A stretch of DNA of 52,660 nt, from the NCBI GenBank assembly GCA_030770535.1, contig JASVEC010000111.1, forward strand, positions 1-52,660. Direction: 5' to 3'. The translations under genes and the position numbers were made by a program. Of the stretch, positions 13,848 through 26,251 are shown piece after piece (position 1 is the stretch's first letter; each line of letters begins with the position of its first letter). The notes beneath the pieces were generated by a model. That model was not told where the DNA came from. It saw only the letters and a program-made list of their open reading frames with translations, and ran no database searches. This DNA comes from Batkoa obscura (lineage: Eukaryota).

Positions 13848-14254
13848 AATTATTACTTATTAGGCAAGCACTTTTCACTATTTTGAAAATTAAGACAAAA
13901 TTAAAGTTCTTTCTTTTCAGTTTAGTTTTATTGATTATTTTTACATCAAATTTATTTGATTTTTTTAACAATACATCAATTATAGTTTTTTTAAAATCCT
14001 AATAAAACACTATTCTGTGTCAGAATTTAAAATCTAAATTATTAAACTATTTATACAATTTATTAAATTTGAACTAATACTACAATAGAGAAATCTCTTG
14101 AAATTATTTTACCTTTTTATTCAAAGATAATCAAAATAATTATAAACCGATATTATAACATTTATTATAATCAGGTTACTTAAATAATCATATACGTTAC
14201 TGTAGCTATATGTCTAAATCTTAGCTCCTACCGCTTATATTATATGTTCTGCTA

Positions 14255-16262
14255 TTAATCTTTTGTCGTTTCCATTAACATCATATCATTAGTAACCTTA
14301 TAAAACTGTTCAGCAATAGTTAAATAAGGTCTAGCATTATACAATAAATTAAGACCTAAACTACTCAACTCTTTACATTTTTGAATATTCGGTAATTGCG
14401 GTAAATTTTCTACTTCAAATTTCTTGTCATGATTATCCAATGATATACTATTTACATTGTTTCTTGAAGCCAATCTGGCATGTACTAAAGTGGCTGAAGA
14501 TACCGCATATAGTCGATACACTAAACCAAATCGAAAAAAATCTTCTTTTAATGTATTAGCATAAAACAAAATTTCGGTGGATGCGTGAGCTGCAATTCGA
14601 TCGTAAATATTATGTATAGGCAAATCCACATAACGCTGAAAATAACTACATAATCGAATAATAGTAGCATTACGATAACATAAATTGGTCATCTTTAATA
14701 AATTACTAATATCTACCATCCATTTTGGCTGATGATGGGTAATTTGATCCATCCTCTTTATAAATTTAGCAAAACACAAATTAAATTTACCTAATAATGC
14801 TTGGCATAGAGTATGTGCTTTATATACATTTTTTTCTTTATCAAATCGACTCTTTAAACATGAAGTAGCATGTCCTATTAACTCATGTAATCTTACACAA
14901 TATTTAAAATAAGTACCAGCTAATTGATCTCTACCCATAATGAATTCTAATTCCGACGGATTGTTATCAAGTTTTGGTAATTTAGGGAAATCGGGATAAG
15001 CCATTCTACTTTCATTGGCATGTAATAACATGGGTCGATTTAATAAACTTGTATTTAATTTATCTTGTATACAACAGGCCCACCAGTGATGACATCGTAA
15101 TCTTTTCTGTCGTAATGTTTGATTAAAGCTTCCTGGTAATGATTTATTTAAGCCAAATAAAAGTGTAAAGATTATGTTATATGATTGATATAACCAGGCA
15201 GATGAAAATTCAGTAGAACCTACCTGATATTGCCCAATTAACATTAAACCAAAAATTACTTCAATTTTAGAACTTAAAAATTGACTTCGGAATTCACTTA
15301 TGGCTTGATGGTCAAGCCATTCAATCATGTATTTTGGAGGAGGATCCTTGGTGACATATTTGCTACCAATAGCAGCTACGAGTTTAACTAATAATGGGCT
15401 ATTTACATCTTTTAAATACTTTTCATCAAGGATAGGAAAAAAGAAAGAATAACAACGAAAGTAAGCACGGGTACACTCTTCGAGTATATAATTATAGTTC
15501 ATGTCCATTTCTTGCATTAAATGTTGACTTAAATTTTGATATTGCTTTTTATTAAATAATGGTAGTACGTTGGATAAATTTTGAGTGGAAGTATTGAATT
15601 TTTGACTTAAATTGAGATGACTTAATAATAATGTACCCACTGGACTTGAGCCACAATATTCCATACTACCATCTGCGTTACGGAATAGTATTTGATTATT
15701 ATAATTGAATCCGGATTTACTTAATATAAATGAAAATATTTCTACAGCTATAATTCTATTTGTTTAAATAACTAATTGTCAAGTTTAAAAAATAATTACC
15801 TTTGAGTACAGAAATGGATAAACTCCTATGATTTTTTTTATTCCTTCTTTCTACTGTTCGACTTTTATCAATATTATTATAGCTTAAATTCTTTGAAATC
15901 CCTTTAATTCCCCTTGATGAAGTTTTTCCAATATCGTGATATTTAAATACTTGCGTCATACAACTATTTCCCAAATTCTGTTGCTGTATGTTTGGGCCTA
16001 GTAAAACTTGTTTATATAAAATTGGTTGTACATCACTAGTTTCGCTTTCCTTTGCGGAATTTTTGACTTTTCTTTTTGGATATTCACAATCTATACCTCG
16101 CTTTAAACAAGTCACACAAGACGGATAATTTCTTGAACATTTTTTACGATGAACTCGGCATACCATACATGAAATTCGACTTATTTTGGTTCCGTCTGGT
16201 AAATTATCTAACACTATATCAGCACCGTTATTCATTTTTTTTATTGGTAATGTAACGGACAT
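14255..16262 (-). CDS. Zn(II)2Cys6 fungal transcription factor with fungal-specific TF middle domain
   Basis: CMVCRVHRKKCSRNYPSCVTCLKRGIDC binuclear cluster; second exon has YFRCYSFFFPILD and WWACCIQDK...LNRP; intron donor at 15799. Confidence 0.92.
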
Positions 16263-16727
16263 CGAAGTTTAATTTATATAAATTAAGATGGTAAAAATAA
16301 TAAACACATTAAATAAATTAGTTATTTAATTATTTTATCCTGAGTTAACTTTAATTTTTAAGTTAACCAATCATTTTACACCCCCTAATCAAGGCTTGAA
16401 TATGTTGATGAGTAAAACGTCAAATTTAATATGTAAAATCTTCATTTGAATAAATTAGTTGATTTAACTGTTGTATTCAAGTTAATGATACATATATATA
16501 CGATTCCAATCTAGTTAAGCTTTGCTTTATTATATAAGAAGATAAAACAAAATGATAATAAATGCATGATCAATATTTCCTAATTAAAATCATGCCCTTT
16601 TTTGTTTGGTGATACTACATTTTTAGTGTTTAGCTAAGTTTGGTGCATGGAAATTGAATAAAATGAAATTAGGAATTCGGTTAAATTTTTACGGATGAAT
16701 ATATTTTCTAGATTTAGATTCGTTTGA

Positions 16728-16833
16728 TCCTATGAGTACCAAATGTCTAAAAAAATTCTGTCCTTTAGATTATAATCTAATTAACCTTGTGCCAATTGGA
16801 TCAGCTTTTTTTTGAAATTCACTACTTGAGGGG
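16728..16833. mobile_element. MITE family B copy (piggyBac-like)
   Basis: Aligns with the reverse complement of 32178-32280; ends GAGGGG followed by TTAA; left flank TTGA. Confidence 0.6.
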
Positions 16834-17030
16834 TTAATTTAATTAAATTACGTGGGTAATGATTGTCATAATTTTGATTTAAATCATATGCAAACAATGC
16901 TTATCAATTCTAATTCTAAAGATTTGATGAACAATTTCTTTCATGGTACTCAAGTAGTTAAATGCTACCTTTGGAAATTTACTTCAAGGGATTAACTATA
17001 ACCATGTTTTGTCCAAAATTTTCAACATAT

Positions 17031-17129
17031 GGGAGTGTTTTTTTTGACTTCATTATTTTTTCCATTTTTTAAGTGCTATTTGAGCGGAAAAATTGTTAAT
17101 AAAATTGTTAAACATAAAAATGCATCCTT
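17031..17129 (-). mobile_element. MITE family A copy
   Basis: ATAT/ATAT flanks. Confidence 0.9.
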
Positions 17130-17341
17130 ATATACCTATTTAAAGTAACTCTGATAGGAGAAGAGAGTAATAGATCTTTTAATCCTTCAACCCTTCAATG
17201 GTAACTTACACTCCTTCTGATGGACTATTAGAGCCTTTGAAAGTTAGTTTATATACTACTAGAATTATTATTAAGAATGATACCTTGTTTAATTAGGATT
17301 GCACTTAATAACTAATTATCAATTCAACTTTGCTAAGATAT

Positions 17342-17437
17342 GGGGATGTTTTTGATTTCATTACTTTTTCTATCTTTTAAGCGCTATTTGGGCGTAAAGA
17401 TTGTTAGTAAAATTCTTAAATATAGAAATACATATCC
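17342..17437 (-). mobile_element. MITE family A copy
   Basis: GGGGATGT start; flanks ATAT/ATAA. Confidence 0.9.
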
Positions 17438-17510
17438 ATAAAATGCATTTATTATAATCCTGATCTTGATTTTATATACTTACTTTTCACTAACTTGCTT
17501 GACATTATAT

Positions 17511-17608
17511 AGGAGTGTTTTTTTGACTTCATTATTTTTTCCATTTTTTAAGCGTTGTTTAAGTGGAAAATTTGTTAGTAAAATTTCTAAACACAAAAAT
17601 ACATCCCC
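17511..17608 (-). mobile_element. MITE family A copy
   Basis: Ends ACATCCCC; ATAT/ATAT flanks. Confidence 0.9.
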
Positions 17609-17885
17609 ATATAATTATAATCAAAGAAACATAAATTACTGCTATGGTAATAAATAATATTTATATTGTTTATTTGCTTATTGACTTATATTTAATATCA
17701 GCTGTTTTTTTGTTCTGATCCCATAAACAATAAACATAAATACTCATGATATATGTAATCTCATGTTTTTTTACTATTTAATGTTAACAACTTTTTTGCT
17801 TACATAGTTTAAAATGTAATTATTGATATAACTTACTTGATATTCGAGAGCTTCAATACATTTTTGGTGAATTTGAGAATCAAAT

Positions 17886-17983
17886 AGCGATATTTTTTGG
17901 GGTTCATCACCTTTTCCATTTTTAAATGCTATTTGAATGGAAAAATTACTAGTAAAATTCTTAAATGAAAAAAATACACCTTC
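17886..17983 (-). mobile_element. MITE family A copy (degenerate)
   Basis: Internal consensus match; AAAT/AAAT flanks. Confidence 0.8.
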
Positions 17984-18456
17984 AAATGATAAAATAAAAT
18001 CAAGCAGCTCTATCAGAAATATAAGCCGTATAAACCCTAACTAAACCATATAGAATAGGAACAAAGGAATCAAAAATTCATGCTTTTAATTTGATTAAAT
18101 TTCTACTATTATGGTTAATTAAATAAAGGTAACAAAAGTTTATAAGTCAAAATAAACTAAAATATGAATAAAATAAAAGAATCCAAGGATCAGTTCCTTT
18201 TAAATACTCTAAAATTGAAATAATAACCGCTGAGGCTCTTTCGTATATAACATAATCCTCATAGTTAATTAATTTTCATTACACACTAATCAATAGTTAA
18301 TATAACCAATTGTTGTATTAATAAAATGATCTTCTTTTATATTGATTAGTAAATCGATGTAGACAAATGTTCAAAAAAATTATAGTTTTCATTTTTATAA
18401 TTTCCTCTCATTTAAATAACTTAATGACCTAATGATATTAAATAAATTCAACATAT

Positions 18457-18551
18457 ATGGATGTATTTTTTGTTTGCATTTTACCAATAGTCTTTTCACT
18501 CAAACAGGACTTAAAAAATAGAAAAAGTGATGAGACCAAAAAAACACTGCC
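18457..18551 (+). mobile_element. MITE family A copy
   Basis: Internal consensus match; ATAT/ATAT flanks. Confidence 0.85.
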
Positions 18552-18965
18552 ATATAGAAAGTTACATTGGATGACTGATTTATACATAAAATTTGCAAAT
18601 AAAAAGGGTCACTAGATAAAGCCAAATAAGAGTTAATATGTTCATTTTGTAGAATCTACCTTAATACTATAAGAAAATCAACAACATATTTGTAGATTAT
18701 AAAAAATTTGAACTCAGCACTGGCTTAACATTAAAGTTAATATTAAAGTGGACATTAAAAGCTCCAGATAATATTCGATATAACAATTCGGTTTGATCCC
18801 CTTTAAACTATATGTCATTTTAAAACTATTTGAGCTATTTTTACACTTCACAGATAAATCTTCAGTTGATGTTTATTTTACTTTATAATAAATATTTATT
18901 ATAAATAGTGATAGAATTTTTACTTGGGCATTCATTCACCTTCATTTATTATGGATTTATTATAT

Positions 18966-21419
18966 GGGGCTGTCCTAATTGGTTTCAGAATCTACTTAGA
19001 AATTAATCTAAATTTAAAATTTCAAGTTTGTGTCCAATATAACGGTTAAATCTAGAAAGCCTAAAATTAAATGTCTCTATTTAAAACTTATTTTAATTGT
19101 TTCCTTTTCTTAAATAGCTAATTTTCCTAACTATATATTTTATTTTAATTCTGTTAGATATTTAACAAATATATAATATATAACTATATGATTATATAAT
19201 TATATAAATACATAATTATATAAACACAGTTATTTGACTTTATTTGACTTTATTTTTTGTTGAAATAAAAATAAAATGCAAACTTTCATAACTAAACTTC
19301 GAAATGGAATTTTTGAAAACTTCAATACAATAGGGAGGAGTACACAATATAAACATTGTAATTCATTTACATCAATTTTAAGAGCTACTTATAACAACCC
19401 AAGGTTTATGGAATTTTATAATAAAACAAAACAAAGGAAAGATATATTATCAAAGTTTACTATCGATAATAAAACTTAATCAAGCAATGTATAAAATTAG
19501 TGCTTTAAGGGAAACAGGAAACAAAAGTCAGCAAGTAGCGTTATTATCAACTATAGCTTCAGTATATTCTTTTGATGAATGTAAGAGTTTTGGGTTTAAT
19601 ATAAATAGAAATCAATATGATTATTCAAAAACAAGTAATAATAATAAAATATCAACATTACAACCTATTATTAAAAATACAAAAAAAATTAAAGATGACC
19701 AAATTGAAACTATCATACAATATTTACTAAATGATTCAACTATTTCATCAAGATTTAATAAAAAAAATAACGATAGTAAATATTCATCAGATAATATATA
19801 TATTAAATAAAAGTAGAAGAATGACATATAGTAAATATTTGAATGATCTAAGAGATAAAGCAGTAGCTAGGTCAACGTTCTTTAAATATATACCAAGTAA
19901 TTTCAAAAATCCAGCAAGAAAAACGGATCTATGTAATATATGTACCCAGTATACAGTTAGAAAAAAGTTATTTGAAAATAAATTAAATACAGCAAAAAAC
20001 AAAGCAGAGATACAAGAAATTTTCAACGAAGAAGAAAAATTATACAAATTACATAAATTATGTGTTGATACTCAAAAAAACACATTTAATGAAACTATCA
20101 AAAAATTAAATAACAAAAGTTGTATAATAGTTTTAGATTTTAAAGAAAATATGGAAATAGGAACAAGACCAGATTCAATAAATCTAGATCATTATAATAA
20201 ACAAGCTATATCAGTATTAGGCTTTGGTGTATTATATTTAAAAGATGATAAAACAATAGGTAAAGTTTACTTTGATTATTTATCTGAAATATTGAATCAT
20301 GATTCAGCATATGCAGGAGATTGTTTAATCGATTTGATCTCTACAGAGCTTCTATTTAAAAAGTTTACAAAAATTAATATATGGGCAGATACAGGAAATC
20401 ATTTTAGATCCCAAGAGTTTCTACACTATATGTTTAAAGAAATTCATAAAATAAATAGTAGTTTGAATGTTAATCTTAATTTTTTTGCTGAGCATCATGG
20501 AAAAAGTATAGTTGATGGACATTTTGGAAACCTTTCAAAATGGAAAAGTAGTTTTGAAGCGTTAGGTAAAATAGAAGATATCGATCAATTAATTTCAAGA
20601 TTTGAGGCTTTTATTTGCGAGCATAATAAAATTAATAACTCGACTGTTAATAATGGGAAAACAGATATAATTTTTAAAAAATATAAAAGAAACAAAAATA
20701 CAAAAAGAATAATAGAGATGCAGGGCATTAAGAAGTATTTACACTTTATTAAACATAACAATAAACTACATTGTTATCCAGTATCTGATACATCAAAAAA
20801 AAGCGATATAGTCCCAATTAAAGTTATAGAGTCTATAGAAAACAGAAAAATTAAAAGATCGATCCCAGCTTATCTTACGAAGATAACAGAGGATTTAAAA
20901 TTTTCGATATTTACTAAGCAAGTAGTTTGTTGAATGATAGAAATAGATTGTTAAATGTTAAGATTACTTAAGTTATTAATAGCTAAGTTAATAAATAGTC
21001 AAAGAACAAGTAACTGTAATAATATGTAAAAACTATTATTACTTGTACTATATAGGGATGGTTAATTATAGTTTTGGGGCTGACCATTCCCTCCCATGCA
21101 GCTATTTATTAACTTGGCAATATATTAATAATGTAATTATAACATTAAAATAGTTTATTTATTTGATAATAAATCTACAATGTTGGTTATAAAGCAGTTG
21201 ATAATAAATATTTCTCAATTAAGCTTTATAAGAACATGTATTTAAGATCTAGTAGAAATTCAAGTAACTTACAGTATGAGCTATAATAGAATGATTTAGA
21301 ACTGTGTTTGGGTACTTTTGTTTTAAAAGATGTGATTTTATAGAATTTTAAGCGAAGTTTTTAAAATACAAAATTTTTCAAAAATTGGATAAAATAATGA
21401 AACTAATTCAGACAACCCC
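18966..21419 (+). mobile_element. full-length Sola-like (Sola2-type) DNA transposon
   Basis: Left end GGGGCTGTCCTAATTGGTTTCA versus reverse complement of right end GGGGTTGTCTGAATTAGTTTCA (18/22); ATAT on both flanks; encloses a DDD transposase. Confidence 0.85.
19276..20933 (+). pseudogene. Sola-like DDD transposase split by two +1 frameshifts
   Basis: Successive ORFs in frames 1, 2 and 3 (19276, 19487, 19731). Motifs KTDLCNIC, IIVLDFKEN, SEILNHDS, IWADTGNHFRS and FFAEHHGKSIVDGHFG resemble the Sola2 catalytic core. Confidence 0.8.
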
Positions 21420-21928
21420 ATATAGTATATTAGAGAAGTAATAAGCAGTGTGGTAAGTGCTCTTGTAAATTGTTCATAAGGTTCAAGTACAAAATAGGTT
21501 ATCACTAAAAATAGAGCTTTTAATGGGTTAATAAACAGGATAAATCTCATTTGTTTATGTAACAAAAGACTGAACTAGATATAAAAATTGATATAGAATA
21601 TAAGACAAGCTAGTTGTTATTGTAGTATACCAATGGAAATATTGCAAATTTGGTATTTATTTATAAAAGTAATAATAAATTTTAATTTAAATGTCAGAAA
21701 CTTGATATTACTGCCTGTCATAGCAGCATTAAATTGAAACTTATCGAACAAAACCCATTACTTACACCTCTGGTGTAAATATATTCAAAAAATCAATAAG
21801 TATAGAACAAGGATATCCTTGATAAACTTTATGAAGTAGCGATGCATAATTTAAGCAAGCTTTCACATAATAGGAAACTAATTACAACTTTTTAAAATAT
21901 CTTTCCTATTTGAATTAAAATTTAAAAA

Positions 21929-22308
21929 AAGCCTTGATAAGGGTATATTGGTCAAGTTGTGTTAACTGTTGGTAAGCCTAAACAAGCTGCTATCTTTAGA
22001 AAAGAGAATGGTAGTGTATGGGGATCTTTTGAAGACTTTAGTATCGCGCCAGAGGGATTACAAACTATAATAGAAGGATTTAATGATCCAAGTATCTTTT
22101 ATGCCAATGTAATTATTATAAATGGAGAAAGGAAGATGTGTATCAAGGTTGATGATAAGTTGATGATAAACTTGGACATGGCGGTGTTGCCATTTCAAAA
22201 ACTACTAAGGATATCATTATTGGTATTCATGGTGATTCTACTCAATATGATGAAGCTTCAAGAGTTGCCTCATAGCTTTCCAATTACTTAAGAGGAATTG
22301 GTTATTAA
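21929..22308 (+). pseudogene. profilin pseudogene
   Basis: AAG CCT TGA TAA GGG TAT replaces the expected MSWQGY; then KQAAIF..GSVWG..GFNDPS; frameshift at an 11-bp tandem duplication (GTTGATGATAA x2); ends KLGHGGVAISKTTKDIIIGIHG...S*LSNYLRGIGY*. Confidence 0.85.
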
Positions 22309-22424
22309 ACTATATTATGTTTTAGTATGTTTTAGTTCGATTTGATTTATAAAGCTTTACAATATTTTATTCAAGTTAACAAATATTTCCTTCAATTTAT
22401 TTATTTATTCATAAATAAGCTTAG

Positions 22425-23383
22425 TTAAGGGTCAAAAGAACCCGCACACTCCTAATAAAGCTGTTGGATTGTAACAAATCAATGTTTTAAATTATCAATG
22501 ACCTTTAATGTGTCAATCAGGACTTGGGCTGTCATTAATTAAATCGTTTTCAATGGTCAAACAGCATATGGGGATGTATTTTTGTGTTTAAGGATTTTAC
22601 TAACAATCTTTCCACTCAAATAGCGCTTAAAAGATGGGAAAAGTAATAAAACTAAAAAAACATCTCCATATAGTCATTGCAACCAACTATATAACTAAAA
22701 CTAAAAACCGATAAATCGATAAGTTAGAGAAGAATGTATCTATCTATCTCGCCACCTGAATACTTCTTCTCATCAATCAGTTCATTTAAAGGTAATAAAA
22801 GGCCTCCATTCGATTTAATGAACTCTTACTTCTCTCCAAAAAACTGTTTGATTAAAATACTAGAATAAGTTTCTTCGTACATATAAAGTAACTCCTGCCT
22901 TTCTCTTAGGCTTTATTAATCACATGAATTAATATTGGTTCAAGGAAAAACATGGTGGGATTTAATTAGTATTCAAGCTGACTAAAGAGCAAATGACCGT
23001 GGGGGGATAAAAGGTTGGTATAGTATGTAAACTCAATCTAGTTGCTATAGTTTTATATTTATATATGTAATTCATGCCAATGACGATCAAGGGGGTTTTA
23101 CTCCAAATTTGATTGATAGATAAAGCAATACTTGAAGGTAGTTTACTGTCGTTTGTATATTATAATACTCTCTTAGTTTCAAAATGTGCCTTACAACATT
23201 TTTGAGGGTAAAAGTATTGATTTAAAAATCAAGGCTATATAATAAAAAGCTAAACTTTAGGCTAATAGTAAACAAAAGTTAGTGGAATGTAAATAATTGT
23301 TTTAAATATATTAGAATCTACCACCAATAAGGACTATATGGCCCTCCTCCCTCTTTATCAACTAAGTGATAGAAATCGAGTAT
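22425..23383 (-). pseudogene. LigE/etherase-like glutathione transferase pseudogene, interrupted by a MITE
   Basis: Manual translation gives ILDFYHLVDKEGGGPYSPYWW*ILIYLK, KTPLIVIG...TIATRL, LLPLNELIDEKKYSGGE and DNLKH*FVTIQQLY, colinear with GST N- and C-domain motifs; many stops. Confidence 0.6.
22570..22667 (+). mobile_element. MITE family A copy
   Basis: Near-consensus; ATAT/ATAT flanks; inserted in the GST pseudogene. Confidence 0.92.
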
Positions 23384-23648
23384 CTTTATTATGATTTTAA
23401 TAGTAGCCAGAATATTGTTTTTTTATGGGCTTTTGTTCAGTATTGTTTAACGTTTTTATACTTTTGATCATTTTTATCTACTTGAAATCCACTGTTTCCT
23501 ATAACTTCGATTTTACTTCCATTTTTTTATTTAATCAGTTCCAAAACTTAATTTGAAATGAAAAGTTGAGGTTAATCCATAAAATAAATAAGTTTTATTT
23601 TGATGAGATAAACAAAGATGCTTTTTTTGTCTTTTAATTTTGATAAAG

Positions 23649-24478
23649 ATGATAGAAATTCACGAGTTGATAGAAAAGAGGGCAGGCACTTTATCTAATC
23701 CATTAGTATGGAGAACTTTGTTAGCTTTAAAGCATAAGGTAAAAGATTATGCTTTAATCAAATATTGTTTTAATTTATTTATTAAGAAAGTTGGCCTTAA
23801 TGCGAAAAAGCTTACATTTCTTGAAGATAATGTTAAGATTATTATGGATAAGTTTATGTATATTGGGGATAACGAGGAATTCTCAGATTTAAGGTAACTA
23901 TTTCTTACTAATTTTATCTCATTTATTATAAAAGTATTTTAGAATAACCTGTATCTTATAAGTCTTGATGTTGAGGCTATAACTTCCGAACCGTCAATAG
24001 TTGCTAGGTACCTTGAAGGAAAATATTCAGGAAACAATGTATCTCTAGAACTTCAAAGCTTTACTAATACATTATTAGAGTATAAATATATCTTTGAACC
24101 CTTATTTTACTTAACAATGTTAAAATTTTATAAAGATTCAGAAGCTGAAGAGCAAGAAATAAGGTTTGGAATATATTTAAAGGTGCTTACTCATGATAAA
24201 GAAGCCACACGGCATATGGTTGGAAAAATGTTCTCAACATTTTGCGAAAGATTAGCTAAACACAAGTTTTTAGAAGATGAAAAGGCAACTTATACAGATT
24301 ACATACTTTTTGGATACCTTAACTACTCAAACAGCTTTGATTTCTGTTTTTGATACTACTGTTATAAATCATCAAGACTCCTCCGTTAAAAAATTGGCTT
24401 AAATCAATTGAAAACCTTTATAATGGATTTGCTGCTTTTTTATATTTTGCTTCATGGATGAATCAAAATATTAGATAA
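23649..24478 (+). pseudogene. LigE/etherase-like glutathione transferase pseudogene
   Basis: MIEIHELIEKRAGTLSNPLVWRTLLALKHK, VARYLEGKY, KFLEDEKATYTDYILFG and VKNWLKSIENLYNG; two intron-like segments, frameshifts and a premature TGA at 24351-24353. Confidence 0.7.
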
Positions 24479-24499
24479 ACTATATATATCACAACATTT

Positions 24500-24597
24500 G
24501 GGAGTGTTTCTTTTGGCTTCATCACTTTTTCCATCCTTTAAGCGCTATTTGAGTGGAAAATTATTAGTAAAATTCTTAAATACAAAAACACATCACC
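24500..24597 (-). mobile_element. MITE family A copy
   Basis: Non-palindromic ATTT/ATTT duplication. Confidence 0.9.
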
Positions 24598-25088
24598 ATT
24601 TAATGATTGAAAGTCTAACTTCTTGTATACGATCTTTTTAACTTTACATGCTTTATTACTATTCTATAAATAATCATATTGATCAAATTAATTTAGCATA
24701 AAGTACTAACTAATGAATGATAGTAATCAAAAATGGCTATTATCCTATTTTCTGGATCCGAAATTATAACCAGGCAGTTGCCCAGATTTTATTGTCTTAT
24801 AAAGACGCCATACTGTTGCTACTGTATCTACTCCCTAGTATTATTCAAATTTTTAGAATAAACGTTATTAAAAAAAGCAGTCACTATGCTCTTTTATTTT
24901 ATTCATTGTGTGTTATGCAGTTATCTTTTTAACTTATTTTTATTTCTATTTAATTTTAAATTTTAGCTAATATGATATGAGTATAAATTATACTCATTGC
25001 TTTTCAAAAACTTAGAAGAGTTGATGATTCTCAATTGTTTTATGAATAGAAACAAAAAAAATAGAAACATCAGATGTATTTTAAAGTA

Positions 25089-25186
25089 AGGGATGTTTTT
25101 TTGTCTTTATTACTTTTTCCATTTTTAAGTGGTATTTGAGCGGAAAGATTGTTAGCAAAATTCTTTAACAAAAAAAATATATCCCC
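25089..25186 (-). mobile_element. MITE family A copy
   Basis: AGGGATGT...ATATCCCC; duplication not preserved. Confidence 0.85.
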
Positions 25187-25310
25187 AGAGCTAATAGGAA
25201 TGAGATTAGATGACTAAGTCATTAGGGTGGACTGTGCCTTCACTTTACCTGTTTTATATTGAGATAAAAAATATATTCAAACTCTAATTTGTATGGTTTA
25301 GATATGAGAT

Positions 25311-25360
25311 GATAAAGTAACGACTGAAGATGAAAAAGTAACGACTGAAGATGAAAAAGT
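25311..25360. repeat. 21-bp tandem duplication
   Basis: AAAGTAACGACTGAAGATGAA repeated ~2.3 times. Confidence 0.85.
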
Positions 25361-26158
25361 ATCTACCAATGATTTAGTGTAGAATCAATAGTATTTACTT
25401 TTTCCTCATTGTTTTATATTTTCCAAATAATTCAACAACTTGAGTTAATTGTTATAATTGGTTAAACTCTTAGTATCATTTTTTCTATAAAACTTTTATT
25501 TTAATATTATGTTAACATTAAATATATAAGAGGCTAATTACCATTAACAAGCATTTCAAGTTAACTAATAAACGTTAAAACATTAGTAGACACAATTTAA
25601 AGGTATGTCCTAATGTAACTCTGACTATGTGCTTGTAGTGCTTACTAAATACTCAGCGAAATCTTTGCATATTTATCAGAGTGTTTTGAACCTTTTAAGA
25701 GTTATTTGTATTTGAATTCGATAGTATATAATAAACTTGAATAAAAAAATGAATTTTTTTGTTGTAAACATAGTGAACGGTAACATTTTGTTATGTGGAC
25801 GTAATTGATATATTTGAAATATAAATTTAATGACTATATTGAAACAAAAAATTCAATAATGATTTTGCACCACTTTAGATTAAACAGAATCCTATTAATA
25901 AAAAGTAATAATGGACATGTAACTTATGATCTCAATTAATGTTGAAGAAATATGTAACTTTTATAAAAGCATTTTGAAATAAGTTGAGAAAAGTCCGCTG
26001 GCAAAAAAGAAAATGATAAAGACATAGCTGAAGAATTGCTTTTATATGAATCAACTTAAACCCAAAGCATACTTTTCGTCAGTTTTCATATAAAAATTAT
26101 AAAATAAACAAATATTGAACTATGATGATTGGTTTTTGATTAATTGAAAAAGCCAAAT

Positions 26159-26251
26159 GGCCGTGTTTTTTTGTCTAAGCATTCGTCTAATAATTTTCTA
26201 ATTTCACACTACATTAGAAATGGACAAAAAATGAAACGAAAAATATTACCG
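26159..26251 (+). mobile_element. highly diverged MITE family A relative
   Basis: GGCCGTGTTTTTTTGTCTAAGCATT...ATGGACAAAAAATGAAACGAAAAATATTACCG; same layout and length as family A. Confidence 0.5.

Noticed and set aside
19276..19810. Programmed frameshifting or introns joining the transposase ORFs
   Set aside because: No convincing GT-AG intron of suitable size and phase and no recognised recoding signal; decay is the simpler explanation, though not excluded without RNA data.
21813..21820. ATATCCTT as a U12-type intron donor
   Set aside because: It lies in intergenic DNA with no flanking exon or matching branch site.
21929..24478. Stop-codon reassignment or selenocysteine to explain in-frame TAA/TAG/TGA
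   Set aside because: Conserved genes in the window end normally at TAA/TAG and have no internal stops; the affected loci also have frameshifts and lost start codons, so they are pseudogenes.
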